DNA of 64,000 nucleotides from Candidatus Saccharimonadales bacterium. GTDB lineage: Bacteria > Patescibacteriota > Saccharimonadia > Saccharimonadales > UBA10212. The notes below the pieces were generated by a model. The model did no database searches and was not told where the DNA came from. It saw nothing but the letters and a program-made list of their open reading frames with translations. The stretch covers positions 211,118 to 275,117 of the forward strand of contig DASTXL010000002.1 in NCBI GenBank assembly GCA_035758565.1. The letters run 5' to 3'. Every line of letters starts with the position of its first letter. Position 1 is the first letter of the stretch. The position numbers were made by a program, and so were the translations under genes. This document shows, in pieces, positions 35,445 to 45,039 of this stretch.

Positions 35445-35978
35445 ATGCACGAGCAAGGGCAGTCATCACGGCTAATAGAAATTCATGGGCCGGATGGAGT
35501 TGTGCTTAGAGAACTGACTGTTGACGACGCTCAACGCTATTTTGACTTGGTTGATTTTGACCGTGATCACCTCAGCCAACACGGTGAGCCGACAGCTCAG
35601 AATTACTCCAGTCTAGAAAAAGCCAGAGAAAGACTAGCAAATCCAGGCGAAAAGCAGCGGTTTGGTATATGGGTCAACGGCGAGATGGTGGGTAGCATTA
35701 ACCTGACTCCTCAAGAAGATACGGCGGAACTAGGTTATTGGATTGGCAAACAACACGTGGGCCACGGCTATGCCGCAAAAGCGACGCAAGCTTTAGTTAA
35801 ACATGCGTTTGCGGTCGAACCCTGGAACTACATATTCGCGATAGTCGATAAAGACAACCAAGCCAGTGTTCGGACTCTAGAGAATGCCGGTTTTATACCC
35901 GCCGAAAGCCGGCCAGCTTTAGAACAAAAAAGAATGTTTATAACAACGAAGTCGCGTTCACAAAGGGAAGGCTCCTAA
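35445..35978 (+). CDS. GNAT family N-acetyltransferase (RimJ/RimL-like)
   Basis: IWVNGEMVGSINL ... ELGYWIGKQHVGHGYAAKATQALVKHAF. Confidence 0.8.
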   Translation: MHEQGQSSRLIEIHGPDGVVLRELTVDDAQRYFDLVDFDRDHLSQHGEPTAQNYSSLEKARERLANPGEKQRFGIWVNGEMVGSINLTPQEDTAELGYWIGKQHVGHGYAAKATQALVKHAFAVEPWNYIFAIVDKDNQASVRTLENAGFIPAESRPALEQKRMFITTKSRSQREGS

Positions 35979-35991
35979 TTTGGCAAGAAAG

Positions 35992-36204
35992 CTACGAGGG
36001 TTCGGATTCCTCGGGCGGTGCTGGTGGCGGTGGCGGCCGGAGTTGCACTTCGGAATAATTAACGCCGGCGCCACGGATTAGGCCAATGCGGCCGATTGGA
36101 CTGGCCAGCCCGGCTTCTCTACGGCGTGCTTCGAGCAGCCGGAGAATGCGTTGAGCCTCTTCGCGGTTTTCTTCGGCGAACGTGCGTCGTTTCTCCTCGC
36201 TCAT
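35992..36204 (-). CDS. Small protein with Pro-rich C-terminus, hypothetical
   Basis: 70-aa ORF. Confidence 0.4.
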   Translation of the reverse strand: MSEEKRRTFAEENREEAQRILRLLEARRREAGLASPIGRIGLIRGAGVNYSEVQLRPPPPPAPPEESEPS

Positions 36205-36280
36205 GAATCAAAATATAGGCTAAAGGAGCAGGGTGAACAGTTAAAATTAATACTTTACAAATGGGTGCGGTTCTTTAAAA

Positions 36281-36306
36281 AACAGCGCCAGGTTTCCGGC
36301 GCTGTT
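36281..36306 (-). terminator. Terminator after the small membrane-protein gene
   Basis: AACAGCGCC / GGCGCTGTT 9-bp stem flanked by A-run and T-run. Confidence 0.55.
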
Positions 36307-36315
36307 TTTAGGGGC

Positions 36316-36492
36316 TTAGCCCCAGTTGAAGGTTTGGCCAAGCAGCCAGACGCAGAAGGCGATTGAGATAAAAAATAATCCCAATCCAACTGGCGAACCC
36401 CAGCTGAACCACGAACCCCACGCACGCCAGTGCTTCATGGAGTTTTCGTGGTACTTCATGGCGTCTTCTGTGCTCATTTTTTCGTGAGCCAT
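36316..36492 (-). CDS. Small membrane protein (58 aa), paralog of 39750-39872
   Basis: Own translation MAHEKMSTEDAMKYHENSMKHWRAWGSWFSWGSPVGLGLFFISIAFCVWLLGQTFNWG. Confidence 0.5.
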   Translation of the reverse strand: MAHEKMSTEDAMKYHENSMKHWRAWGSWFSWGSPVGLGLFFISIAFCVWLLGQTFNWG

Positions 36493-36625
36493 ACGAATCC
36501 TTTCAAACGTTAGTTAGTAAAGGTCCGCTTATTTATCAATGTTCTTAGGTTGCGGTGTGTCGCTTCTAGCGGTCCGAGCGCGCAACAATTCTACTAAGAT
36601 TAGTTTTATTATACAAAATGTTTGC

Positions 36626-36850
36626 TTACTTGTTTTTTATTCTATTAATCGCCCACCAAGTTTCAAGAGCGTCAAGGGCTTTTTCAATCCGCTGCTTACG
36701 GTCGGCAGACTTTTTAACTTCTGCAATGTTGTGAATTAGTTTGTGCTTGCGCTTGGTGGGCATTTGCTCAAATGCGAGCCTTGCGACGGGCCGCTCAGCC
36801 AGAGCACGGTTTAGCTCGGCAATAGCATTTTCGATATTAGTCGTTGGCAT
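36626..36850 (-). CDS. YdeI/OmdA-like small protein
   Basis: AERPVARLAFEQMPTKRKHKLIHNIAEVKKSADRKQRIEKALDALE. Confidence 0.5.
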   Translation of the reverse strand: MPTTNIENAIAELNRALAERPVARLAFEQMPTKRKHKLIHNIAEVKKSADRKQRIEKALDALETWWAINRIKNK

Positions 36851-36903
36851 AGTTTTAAATTAACAAATATTTACGCGCAATTAGTAAGTTACAATATTCT
36901 CAT

Positions 36904-37737
36904 ATGAACATTTGGAGCTTACTAGGCGCAGCCATCGGCTTTAATCTTATTGGCTTTGGCATTGCCTACGGCGAGGCGAGTGATAAACTCACCGACTTTA
37001 GCTACGGCGCGACTTTTATAATTTTGTCGATTTTGGCCTTTTTGAACGGCGATCATCACTCAGCACAGACCCTTCTGTTGGTTTTGATATGCTTGTGGGG
37101 CGTTAGGTTATCTGGCTTTTTGGTGCTCAGAATTTTGCGAATTAATCGCGACCACCGTTTTGACGGAATACGTGAAGACTTTAACAAGTTCGGCACGCTC
37201 TGGATTAGCCAGGCAGTCGCCGCTTGGATTATTTTGCTGCCGGCAATTTTTGTTTTGAGCAGCCACCAAAATAGCTTCGGCGCCCTGACGCTTGTGGGTT
37301 GGATTATCACCTTTCTGGGTTTAGTAATCGAAAGTGTTGCCGATGCTCAAAAATACAACTTTAACCTTGAGCCGGACAACTACGGCAAGTTTATTCGCTC
37401 GGGTTTGTGGCGCCTGAGCCGGCACCCAAATTATTTTGGCGAAATTATGGTTTGGGCCGGCATTTACATTTATTGCTTTGATTTTATGGATTTTGGTCAA
37501 AGATTCTTTGGGCTTGCCAGCCCTTTGCTCATTACTTATTTATTACTGCGTGTGACTGGTGTGCCGAGACTTGAAAAATACGCTGACCAAAAATGGGGCA
37601 AAAGCGCTGAATATAGAAAGTATAAGAACGGCGCCCGGATTCTTGTACCGCTACCAAGGGCGGCAGAAGCTAAGAGCTGGCTTGCTTCTATAAAAGTCGG
37701 CCCGTGGGACTACGAAGATTGGTCGGCTGGGCGCTAG
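36904..37737 (+). CDS. DUF1295 / steroid 5-alpha-reductase-like membrane protein
   Basis: GLWRLSRHPNYFGEIMVWAGIY signature. Multi-TM. Confidence 0.8.
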   Translation: MNIWSLLGAAIGFNLIGFGIAYGEASDKLTDFSYGATFIILSILAFLNGDHHSAQTLLLVLICLWGVRLSGFLVLRILRINRDHRFDGIREDFNKFGTLWISQAVAAWIILLPAIFVLSSHQNSFGALTLVGWIITFLGLVIESVADAQKYNFNLEPDNYGKFIRSGLWRLSRHPNYFGEIMVWAGIYIYCFDFMDFGQRFFGLASPLLITYLLLRVTGVPRLEKYADQKWGKSAEYRKYKNGARILVPLPRAAEAKSWLASIKVGPWDYEDWSAGR

Positions 37738-37789
37738 CGAAGGATTCCGACTTAGTTTTTGTTAGAGCCGGATGTTGTAGAATAAGCAT

Positions 37790-38890
37790 ATGCCTGATGA
37801 TAATCCGGCAAGCCAAGTTCCTGAACCACCGGTAAATACTACCGACCCTTCTGCTGTGTCGGGAAAGTCCAAGAAGAAGTTACCGATTTGGGCAGTCGCA
37901 GCTCTTGTTATCATAGTGGTCGTCGTCGGAGCATTTTGGCATTTCCGCTCAAATTCAAAACCGGCGAACTCAAACCCTACCAACTCGTCGAGCAAATCTG
38001 ATCAAACAACTAGCTCTACGGCAAACTTGCCGGGCTTGCAGCTGGATCCTACTAAAAATTACGGTAACAAATACGCCGACGGTTTGCTGCCAGTTGGTGA
38101 TGGCAGATATGTCACCAGTGCTCCAAAAACCGGCTATATCTATACATGCAGCGGTTACGCCAACAACATCCAGGTAGAAAGCGGCGGTGCTGGCAAGCGC
38201 GGGCCGTGGTTCACTAATAACAATACTCAGTACGACATCAACAAAAAGATCCACGTCGAGGGCAGTGTGATGTGGCAGGCCGATTTTTCTAACCAAGTTA
38301 ACGGCAATGTGCGTACGATAGTTACCAATGACTTACCAAGTCACCCCACTGGCACTTTCCCGATCAGCCCTAACGACCCAGCCTATGTTTACGATCGTAA
38401 TCCAAATAGCATCAAAGGCCAAACGCTGACTTATTCGCTTAATGCTAATCCTACTTATAATGCTACGCCACAATGTATGGGCGGCCAGTCGGGCATAATG
38501 CTTACCGGCATAGCATTATTTAACGGCTTTGATGCCGGTGGCCGCGACGCCGGCGCCTGGGAAATTCAAGACAGCTGCGACGGTCATCCGCAAAGCGAGG
38601 GTATTTATCACTACCATACACTCTCGAGTTGCATTAAAGACGTAAACGGCAAAACCGTAATTGGCTATGCGCTAGATGGCTTTCCAATTACCGGGCCGAA
38701 AATTAGCGACAATAACATTCTGACTACGGACGATCTGGACGAATGCCACGGTATAACCAGCCAGATAGTTTTAGACGGTAAGCCCGTCACGATGTATCAC
38801 TATGTGATGACTCAAGATTTTCCTTATAGCGTCAGCTGCTTTAGGGCTACGCCAATTCAGCCGCCCGGTCAAAAGCCTCAGCCACATTAG
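37790..38890 (+). CDS. YHYH domain protein, membrane anchored
   Basis: N-terminal TM anchor. GIYHYHTLSSC and GYALDGFPITGP motifs. Confidence 0.75.
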   Translation: MPDDNPASQVPEPPVNTTDPSAVSGKSKKKLPIWAVAALVIIVVVVGAFWHFRSNSKPANSNPTNSSSKSDQTTSSTANLPGLQLDPTKNYGNKYADGLLPVGDGRYVTSAPKTGYIYTCSGYANNIQVESGGAGKRGPWFTNNNTQYDINKKIHVEGSVMWQADFSNQVNGNVRTIVTNDLPSHPTGTFPISPNDPAYVYDRNPNSIKGQTLTYSLNANPTYNATPQCMGGQSGIMLTGIALFNGFDAGGRDAGAWEIQDSCDGHPQSEGIYHYHTLSSCIKDVNGKTVIGYALDGFPITGPKISDNNILTTDDLDECHGITSQIVLDGKPVTMYHYVMTQDFPYSVSCFRATPIQPPGQKPQPH

Positions 38891-38905
38891 GAGTAAAATA
38901 AAATT

Positions 38906-39703
38906 ATGGATGAGCAACCAGATAATCCATCCACCGAAGAGAGCCAGCCTACTCGTGAACCGGTCGGTCCCTCTTATTGGCAAAAACCTAAGCGCCATTG
39001 GCTACGCTACGGCTTGATAGTGCTCTTGATTGCGGTCGTAGCCGGGGTAATTTACTGGCTGTGGCAACACCCTAAAAAATCTACGCCAGTTAATACTCCA
39101 ACCACTAACGCAAACCAGAAAACCAATCAAACCGTGCAGCAAACCGCTCCAGCTACGGCTCACTTTGATTCGTCGAACTTTAATCTGAGCTTTGATTATC
39201 CTAAAGATTGGACGGTGACCGATAGCGGCAACAATCAATTGACGGTGCGTTCTACCAACATGAACTTGACTACGGCTAGCGGGCAAACCATAACCGCCCA
39301 GGTGCTAATGACCATCGCGCCAAAAGGCCAGAACTTGAGTGTTTTTAATGCCGGTAGTGCGGTTGCTGTACTTGGTAGCCAAAAGATCTCATATACTAAA
39401 CCTACCCAAAACCAGCGCGCCGATACTTATTTAAGCTTTTTGCAATATGCCAACACTACGGCCGCCGGAGCGCTCGACGCCATTGATATAACCGGTAACT
39501 ATGGTTACACAAAAGGCCAAGATATTCCGAAAACTGACATTGCCGGCATTGATCCTCTAGTTAATATTTCATTTTTGAAATGCGCCAGCACGGCTTGCCC
39601 AGCCGGCACGACCACGGCTACTTCGATTGCTTCGTCCAATTGGAATGACAGTTTGTTCTCAGCGCCGATCACCAAAATGCTTGAATCCTTGAGTTTCAAT
39701 TGA
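38906..39703 (+). CDS. Membrane-anchored hypothetical protein
   Basis: 265 aa with an N-terminal TM helix. FNLSFDYPKDWTV (PsbP/DUF1795-like beginning). Confidence 0.55.
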   Translation: MDEQPDNPSTEESQPTREPVGPSYWQKPKRHWLRYGLIVLLIAVVAGVIYWLWQHPKKSTPVNTPTTNANQKTNQTVQQTAPATAHFDSSNFNLSFDYPKDWTVTDSGNNQLTVRSTNMNLTTASGQTITAQVLMTIAPKGQNLSVFNAGSAVAVLGSQKISYTKPTQNQRADTYLSFLQYANTTAAGALDAIDITGNYGYTKGQDIPKTDIAGIDPLVNISFLKCASTACPAGTTTATSIASSNWNDSLFSAPITKMLESLSFN

Positions 39704-39749
39704 ATAGCACCCTAAGATAAGGGTGCTACGATAGTTACTTCTTCGAATG

Positions 39750-39872
39750 CTATTTGTTGCGGCGATCCCACCAGCTACGCATGTAGTTTCTGGTGAAAAT
39801 GCCCAATCCAGCCAGGAATACGCCTAGGCCAATTGGTGAGCCCCAACCAAGAACCTGGTTCCAATCTGTCAT
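39750..39872 (-). CDS. Small membrane protein (40 aa), paralog of 36316-36492
   Basis: Own translation MTDWNQVLGWGSPIGLGVFLAGLGIFTRNYMRSWWDRRNK. Confidence 0.5.
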   Translation of the reverse strand: MTDWNQVLGWGSPIGLGVFLAGLGIFTRNYMRSWWDRRNK

Positions 39873-39993
39873 ATTGGTTATCCTTCCTAGCTATGATAGT
39901 AGCACAAGCGGGATAGGCGTGCTCATAACTAAAGCCGACTTTACTAGACGGGCAGTTTATTGATGGTTATAGTTTTTCTCTAAGAGGAGAGAC

Positions 39994-40692
39994 ATGGCAT
40001 ACGAGGCAAAAATTCATGAAGCGCAAATAAGTATTTTGCGCGAGTTGCTGTTCCAGCCCGAGGCCGGCTATGGGCAGCTGCAAAAGCCAACCAGTCTAAC
40101 CAGCGACCATTTTAATTTTCATATCAAGCAGTTAGTCGAAACCGGATATGTAGAGAAAGTTTCGCGCGGCAAATATCGGCTGACGCCGCGCGGTAAAGAA
40201 TACGCCAACAAGCTAGATACTGATGCCAATGTCATAGAACGTCAGCCAAAAGCGGCGGTGATTTTGGCAATTCAGAACGGCGATAAGTGGTTATTCCAGC
40301 AGCGCCTCAAGCATCCTTATTTTGGTTTTTACGGCTTTCCGAGCGGCAAAATTCGTTGGGGTGAAACCATTATAGAAACCGCTGCCCGCGAACTAAAAGA
40401 AGAAACCGGCCTAGCTGCTGACTACGAATATAAAGGTGTATATCACGAACAGGTTTTACAAGCCGAAACCGGCGAGCAACTAGAAGATAAAATTTTTCAT
40501 GTAGTCTTGTGTACCAAGCCTCGCGGCGAATTAAAGGCAGAGTTCGAAGGCGGCAGTAATGGCTGGATGAACCTGGCAGAAGTGGACGCCAAACCCAAAA
40601 AGTTCGAAAGTTATAAACACGAGCTCGATATTGCCTTAGGCAATCTTAACTTTATTGAACGCACCGTTAAATATTCTAAAGACCAGTTCTAA
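39994..40692 (+). CDS. Winged-helix + NUDIX hydrolase fusion protein
   Basis: N-terminal wHTH (HFNFHIKQLVETGYVEKVSRGKYRLT) and Nudix box GKIRWGETIIETAARELKEETGL. Confidence 0.8.
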   Translation: MAYEAKIHEAQISILRELLFQPEAGYGQLQKPTSLTSDHFNFHIKQLVETGYVEKVSRGKYRLTPRGKEYANKLDTDANVIERQPKAAVILAIQNGDKWLFQQRLKHPYFGFYGFPSGKIRWGETIIETAARELKEETGLAADYEYKGVYHEQVLQAETGEQLEDKIFHVVLCTKPRGELKAEFEGGSNGWMNLAEVDAKPKKFESYKHELDIALGNLNFIERTVKYSKDQF

Positions 40693-40732
40693 AACTTGCC
40701 TAAATGTGGGCTTTAAGCATAAGCTTAAATTT

Positions 40733-42463
40733 ATGCAGGACGACCAGTCGAATACCGATCCACAATCATCGGTTCCTACACCGCCAAAAGCTGAGCCAGA
40801 AACTAACAATCTAGATTTGACCTTGCCGGAACCTCCAAATGAGCCCGAGAAACCTTCGCGGTTTTTTCAAATCAAAACCTGGATAGTAGAGCATAAAAAA
40901 GTATCCATCCCAATTGCTCTACTCTGCCTAATTATTATATTGGCGGCAATCCCCTGGAGCCGCTACCAATTAGCCGGACTCGTTATTAAGAAAGATTTCC
41001 AAATTCAGGTAATGGATCAAACTGCCGGTACTCCAGTCAGTGGAGCGGCAGTTGCCAGCGGCAACGAGAGCGGTCAAACTAACGGCAACGGAATAGCTGT
41101 TTTGCATTTGCCGGTGGGCAAGCATCAATTTAAAGTAACCAAAAAGTATTACATTACCGGGCATGTAGCGGCAACGGTCCCGCTCTTTGGTCGTAAAAGT
41201 ACCAAGCTGGAGCTGGTGGCTACCGGCCGGCAAGTTAGGGTGACACTCAAAGATACTTTGAGCGGCAAAGCTTTAAGCGATGTTGATATTCTAGTGGCCG
41301 ATATCAGTGCCAGGACAGACGTTGATGGCAAGGCACTTTTAGTGGTTCCAGCGGGAGTTTCCAAAGAACAGGCGAACCTAAGTTTAGCCGGCTACAACGA
41401 TACCACGGCTACTTTAACAATTTCCGATAAAAATATCGAAGACAACCCGTTAAACATGACTCCAGTCGGCAAGGTTTACTTTTTATCTAAACGTACTGGA
41501 AAGTTAAACGTTATGAAGGCTAACTTGGATGGCACTGATCCTGAAGTTGTCGTAGCGGCGACCGGCCAGGAGCAAGTAGATTCATCGGCCCTTAGTCAGT
41601 CCCCCGACGGCCGTTACGTGGCACTAGAAACCCAGCGTAGTGCAGCAGACAAGGTGCCGCAGCTTTACGTAATTTCGACCGCTGATGATCGCCTTCTAAC
41701 TTTCGACTCCGGCGACTTTGACTTTTCTATCGTAGGTTGGTCCGGAGATGACTTGGTATATAGAGTGAGTAACAACGAAGCGCCTGCCTGGCAAGCCGGC
41801 CAACAAAAGATCAAAAGCTACGATGCTTCGACTGGCAAGACATACATCATTGACTCCAGCGCCGGTACAGATCCGGATAAATCGGCCGGTGAATCTTATG
41901 GTGAAGTTTTCTTGACGGCCAGCAAAGTAGTTTTTGACAAAAGCTGGGGCAGTAACGGCAGTGATACCCTAGATGGCCGTAAAAATACTGTTATGATCGC
42001 TGATCCAACTGGCCAGAATAAGCAAACAGTAAGCAACTACGATGCATCCAGTACTAATATCTTAATGTTCCAGTACGCCCCCAACGGTTTTTATATAGAA
42101 TCGGACGATTCCGGTACGGGCGATTCAACTTATTACGACTATATACCAGGCGGCGGCCTCAAAAAGATCAACGCGCCCACCAGTGATCAGCTTTACAGCA
42201 ATCCTACTTATTATTTCTCGCCGCAGGGCAACCAGACTTATTGGTCGGAACGGCGCGATGGTAAGTCCACTCTCATCACGGCTGATGCATACGGCAGTGC
42301 TGGTAGCCAAAAGATCCTATCCGTTGGCTATGAGGCTGCGGGTTGGTACACTGACAAATACGTGTTAGCCACAAATGACGATCAAAACGAACTCTACATT
42401 TTGAGTGCCAGTGGTGGTAAGCCTGTCAAAATTTCCGACTATCAGTCTACCTACATTTACTAA
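40733..42463 (+). CDS. Membrane-anchored protein with carboxypeptidase-regulatory-like domains and TolB/PD40-like beta-propeller
   Basis: Start moved to ATG 40733. QVMDQTAGTPVSGAAV...NGIAVL repeats and SPDGRYVALE PD40-like repeats. Confidence 0.6.
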   Translation: MQDDQSNTDPQSSVPTPPKAEPETNNLDLTLPEPPNEPEKPSRFFQIKTWIVEHKKVSIPIALLCLIIILAAIPWSRYQLAGLVIKKDFQIQVMDQTAGTPVSGAAVASGNESGQTNGNGIAVLHLPVGKHQFKVTKKYYITGHVAATVPLFGRKSTKLELVATGRQVRVTLKDTLSGKALSDVDILVADISARTDVDGKALLVVPAGVSKEQANLSLAGYNDTTATLTISDKNIEDNPLNMTPVGKVYFLSKRTGKLNVMKANLDGTDPEVVVAATGQEQVDSSALSQSPDGRYVALETQRSAADKVPQLYVISTADDRLLTFDSGDFDFSIVGWSGDDLVYRVSNNEAPAWQAGQQKIKSYDASTGKTYIIDSSAGTDPDKSAGESYGEVFLTASKVVFDKSWGSNGSDTLDGRKNTVMIADPTGQNKQTVSNYDASSTNILMFQYAPNGFYIESDDSGTGDSTYYDYIPGGGLKKINAPTSDQLYSNPTYYFSPQGNQTYWSERRDGKSTLITADAYGSAGSQKILSVGYEAAGWYTDKYVLATNDDQNELYILSASGGKPVKISDYQSTYIY

Positions 42464-42492
42464 AGTTTATTTTTATGGCAAACTCCTAAACC

Positions 42493-43068
42493 GTGAGTTA
42501 CTTGACTAATAGTTTTGACGAAAAGATTATTGAGCTGCTAAAAAACGGCGGTGTTGGTTTTGTGCCCAGCGACACGATTTACGGCCTATCTTGTCGTGCG
42601 CTGGACGAAAAAGCCGTCGTGCGCTTACGCAACCTCAAAAGCCGCAGCCAGCATAAGCCGCTAATCGTTTTGTTTTCAAACATTGAACAGCTGGCTGATT
42701 TAGGCATGCCAACAGCCGGTTTAGAGAAAGCCCTGGCGTATTGGCCAGGGCCGCTAAGTCTGGAGTGGGACGCGCGTAAAAGCCCGCCGTGGCTGCACCC
42801 GGCCAGCGAAACATTCGCTATTCGCATGCCGGACAAACCGGAGCTAGTTGAGCTTATTAACAAGGTCGGTCCAATAACTAGCACCAGCGCCAATCCGGAA
42901 GGTGCAGAGCCGGCCAAGTCAGTCAAAGAAGCCGAAAATTATTTTGGTGAAGGCTTAGATTTTTACGTTGACGCCGGCGAAATCACAAGCGGCGCTAGTT
43001 CTACCTTGGCTCGGTTAGCAAACAGCCAGTTCGAAGTCTTGCGCCAAGGTGCTTTGAAGATTATTTAA
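42493..43068 (+). CDS. tsaC: L-threonylcarbamoyladenylate synthase (YrdC/Sua5 family)
   Basis: VGFVPSDTIYGLSC ... SLEW ... FAIRMP ... PITSTSANPEG. Confidence 0.85.
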   Translation: MSYLTNSFDEKIIELLKNGGVGFVPSDTIYGLSCRALDEKAVVRLRNLKSRSQHKPLIVLFSNIEQLADLGMPTAGLEKALAYWPGPLSLEWDARKSPPWLHPASETFAIRMPDKPELVELINKVGPITSTSANPEGAEPAKSVKEAENYFGEGLDFYVDAGEITSGASSTLARLANSQFEVLRQGALKII

Positions 43069-43200
43069 GCTTAATAACTGTCGATAGTGTCGGCAAAGAC
43101 ACATATAAACGATTCCATTAGTTTTATCTATATAAGCCCCAATCCATAGGTCGTACCAAGCAAATTTGAACTGTATTTTCATCTTGAATTTAAGCTCCAT
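43015..43200 (-). CDS. Possible small protein (WYDLWIG motif), overlaps both neighbours
   Basis: 61-aa ORF. FAWYDLWIGAYIDKTNGIVYMCL resembles small phage-type hypothetical proteins. Overlaps the tsaC 3' end on the opposite strand. Confidence 0.3.
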   Translation of the reverse strand: MELKFKMKIQFKFAWYDLWIGAYIDKTNGIVYMCLCRHYRQLLSLNNLQSTLAQDFELAVC

Positions 43201-43825
43201 GTCTCGAAGGTTTGTCCAAGCTTTGCCACAAGTACCAGGCCGCTATGCTCTCGTACGGATGCCAGCCGTTTTGGTTAGAGATGGTGACAATTTGTTCTGG
43301 TGTCGGCAAGCTGTCGAGCCCGTATAGTTTTTGAATAGCCTTTCTGACACCCAGGTCGCCGACTGGTAAAACGTCCAATCGGCCTAGGCCAAAAATCATA
43401 AACATGTGCGCGCTCCATTCGCCAATACCTTTCACGGCGGTCAGTTGCTCGATCAATTGATCGTTGGGCATGGTGGCTATATGGTCCAAATCTAGCCGGC
43501 CGTCAATTATGTGCTGAGCTAAATCTTTAACGTATTTAACTTTCGCCCAAGATAAGCCAACATCGCGTAGCTTCTGATCTTCAATTTTGATAAGTTGTTT
43601 TGGTGTTGGCATTTTGCCGTCAAACAAATCTAAAACCCTGCGCCATATGGTGCCGGCTGCCACTGCAGATAGCTGTTGCCCAACTATACTGCCTACAAGT
43701 TCGCCGTAGTGGTCGTTGTGTGGTTTTATCCGGCACGGACCGCTAAGCTTGATGACTCCAGCCAATCGCTTATCGCTCTTGCTGAGGTACTTAGCAGCAG
43801 TGGTTAAATCGTCAGAAAAACCCAT
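43190..43825 (-). CDS. DNA-3-methyladenine glycosylase II family (HhH-GPD, AlkA-like)
   Basis: LTAVKGIGEWSAHMFMIFGLGRLDVLPVGDLGVRKA. Confidence 0.8.
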   Translation of the reverse strand: MGFSDDLTTAAKYLSKSDKRLAGVIKLSGPCRIKPHNDHYGELVGSIVGQQLSAVAAGTIWRRVLDLFDGKMPTPKQLIKIEDQKLRDVGLSWAKVKYVKDLAQHIIDGRLDLDHIATMPNDQLIEQLTAVKGIGEWSAHMFMIFGLGRLDVLPVGDLGVRKAIQKLYGLDSLPTPEQIVTISNQNGWHPYESIAAWYLWQSLDKPSRHGA

Positions 43826-43885
43826 GCTTTTATTAAAACAGACAGGGCAAACTTAGCTTAATGGTTATGTTATAATTTGCTTTAG

Positions 43886-44533
43886 ATGAAAAGGGTAGGG
43901 ACTGTGCTACGGCGATGTAATTTTATCGGTCAAATAGCCTTAGGTTTGATTGCCGTTTTAATATTGAGCGGCGTAGCTTGGGCGGCCGACACTAGTAGCG
44001 AAAATCCGATTATTGTGCCGCCCGATCCCGAACAAGCGACCTCCCAGGCCGAGCGTATTATTCAACGCCAAACTGCCTATAAAGTAGAGATGCCCACCGT
44101 TCCTACCTCGAAAGTTGTCAGTAAATGCAGCCAAGCCCAAAGCGCCGTAAGCAAAGTGTCTACTCAAGACGAGGTAGTTTATAGCACACGCCTCGCGACT
44201 TACGATCAACTAGCCCACCAAATAGCCGACGACATAACCGAACTAAAGGCCCAGGGCGTGAGCAATACTGATTTAAGCAACGCTGCCGCAAAATACTACA
44301 AAGACGTTGACACTTTTTTGACCGACCACTCAAATTATAAGGCGGCTATTGACGATCTTGGCACCATCAACTGTGCGGCCGATCCGGCCGGTTTCGAGGC
44401 AACGGTTTTTGACGCCAGGAAGCTGCGTGCTCAGTTGGCTATCGACTCCTCTACGATAAAAAGTAACATTGGTCCTCTGCAAACCGCCCTGCAGACGGTA
44501 AAGACACAGCTAGAAAACAGCGGAGACCAATAA
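43886..44533 (+). CDS. Secreted/anchored hypothetical protein
   Basis: 215 aa with an N-terminal hydrophobic signal or anchor. Confidence 0.55.
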   Translation: MKRVGTVLRRCNFIGQIALGLIAVLILSGVAWAADTSSENPIIVPPDPEQATSQAERIIQRQTAYKVEMPTVPTSKVVSKCSQAQSAVSKVSTQDEVVYSTRLATYDQLAHQIADDITELKAQGVSNTDLSNAAAKYYKDVDTFLTDHSNYKAAIDDLGTINCAADPAGFEATVFDARKLRAQLAIDSSTIKSNIGPLQTALQTVKTQLENSGDQ

Positions 44534-45039
44534 TGAATCCTAACCCCGTAAGCCAATCAAGCAACCCATTGCAGCCACCAGACCAGCCGACCACCACTCC
44601 CGCGCCAGCTGCCATTGATGTTGTGTCCGCGCCGGCCCAAACCATCCCAGTGCGCCAAACCGCGCCAGCAAATCCAATAGGCGGCGGAATTGACGCCCCG
44701 CCAGCTCAGTTGCCCACACAGACTCCAGCAGCTGATCAAAAACCACCAGCCAAAGTCTCGGCGCCCAAAAAACAGTTTAATCTTAAGAGATTATGGCCGG
44801 CCTTGGCCGCGCTTGCAGTTGCTGCCGTGCTGGCAGTTGCTGCGGTTTATGCGCTTAAAACCATCAATAATCCGGTTAGTGATAACTCGAATCAATCTAG
44901 CGGCAACTCAAGCCAAGCTACTCCGCTGACCGCCAGCGATATTGATAAACTCTCTAACGATATAGGCAACCTGAGTAATCTAGACGATACTCAAGATTTT
45001 TCGGCTAACGCACTGAGCGCCCAAGCCATAGGTTTCTAG
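44533..45039 (+). CDS. Pro/Ala-rich membrane-anchored hypothetical protein
   Basis: 168 aa. ATGA-type junction with the upstream gene. Central TM helix. Confidence 0.55.
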   Translation: MNPNPVSQSSNPLQPPDQPTTTPAPAAIDVVSAPAQTIPVRQTAPANPIGGGIDAPPAQLPTQTPAADQKPPAKVSAPKKQFNLKRLWPALAALAVAAVLAVAAVYALKTINNPVSDNSNQSSGNSSQATPLTASDIDKLSNDIGNLSNLDDTQDFSANALSAQAIGF

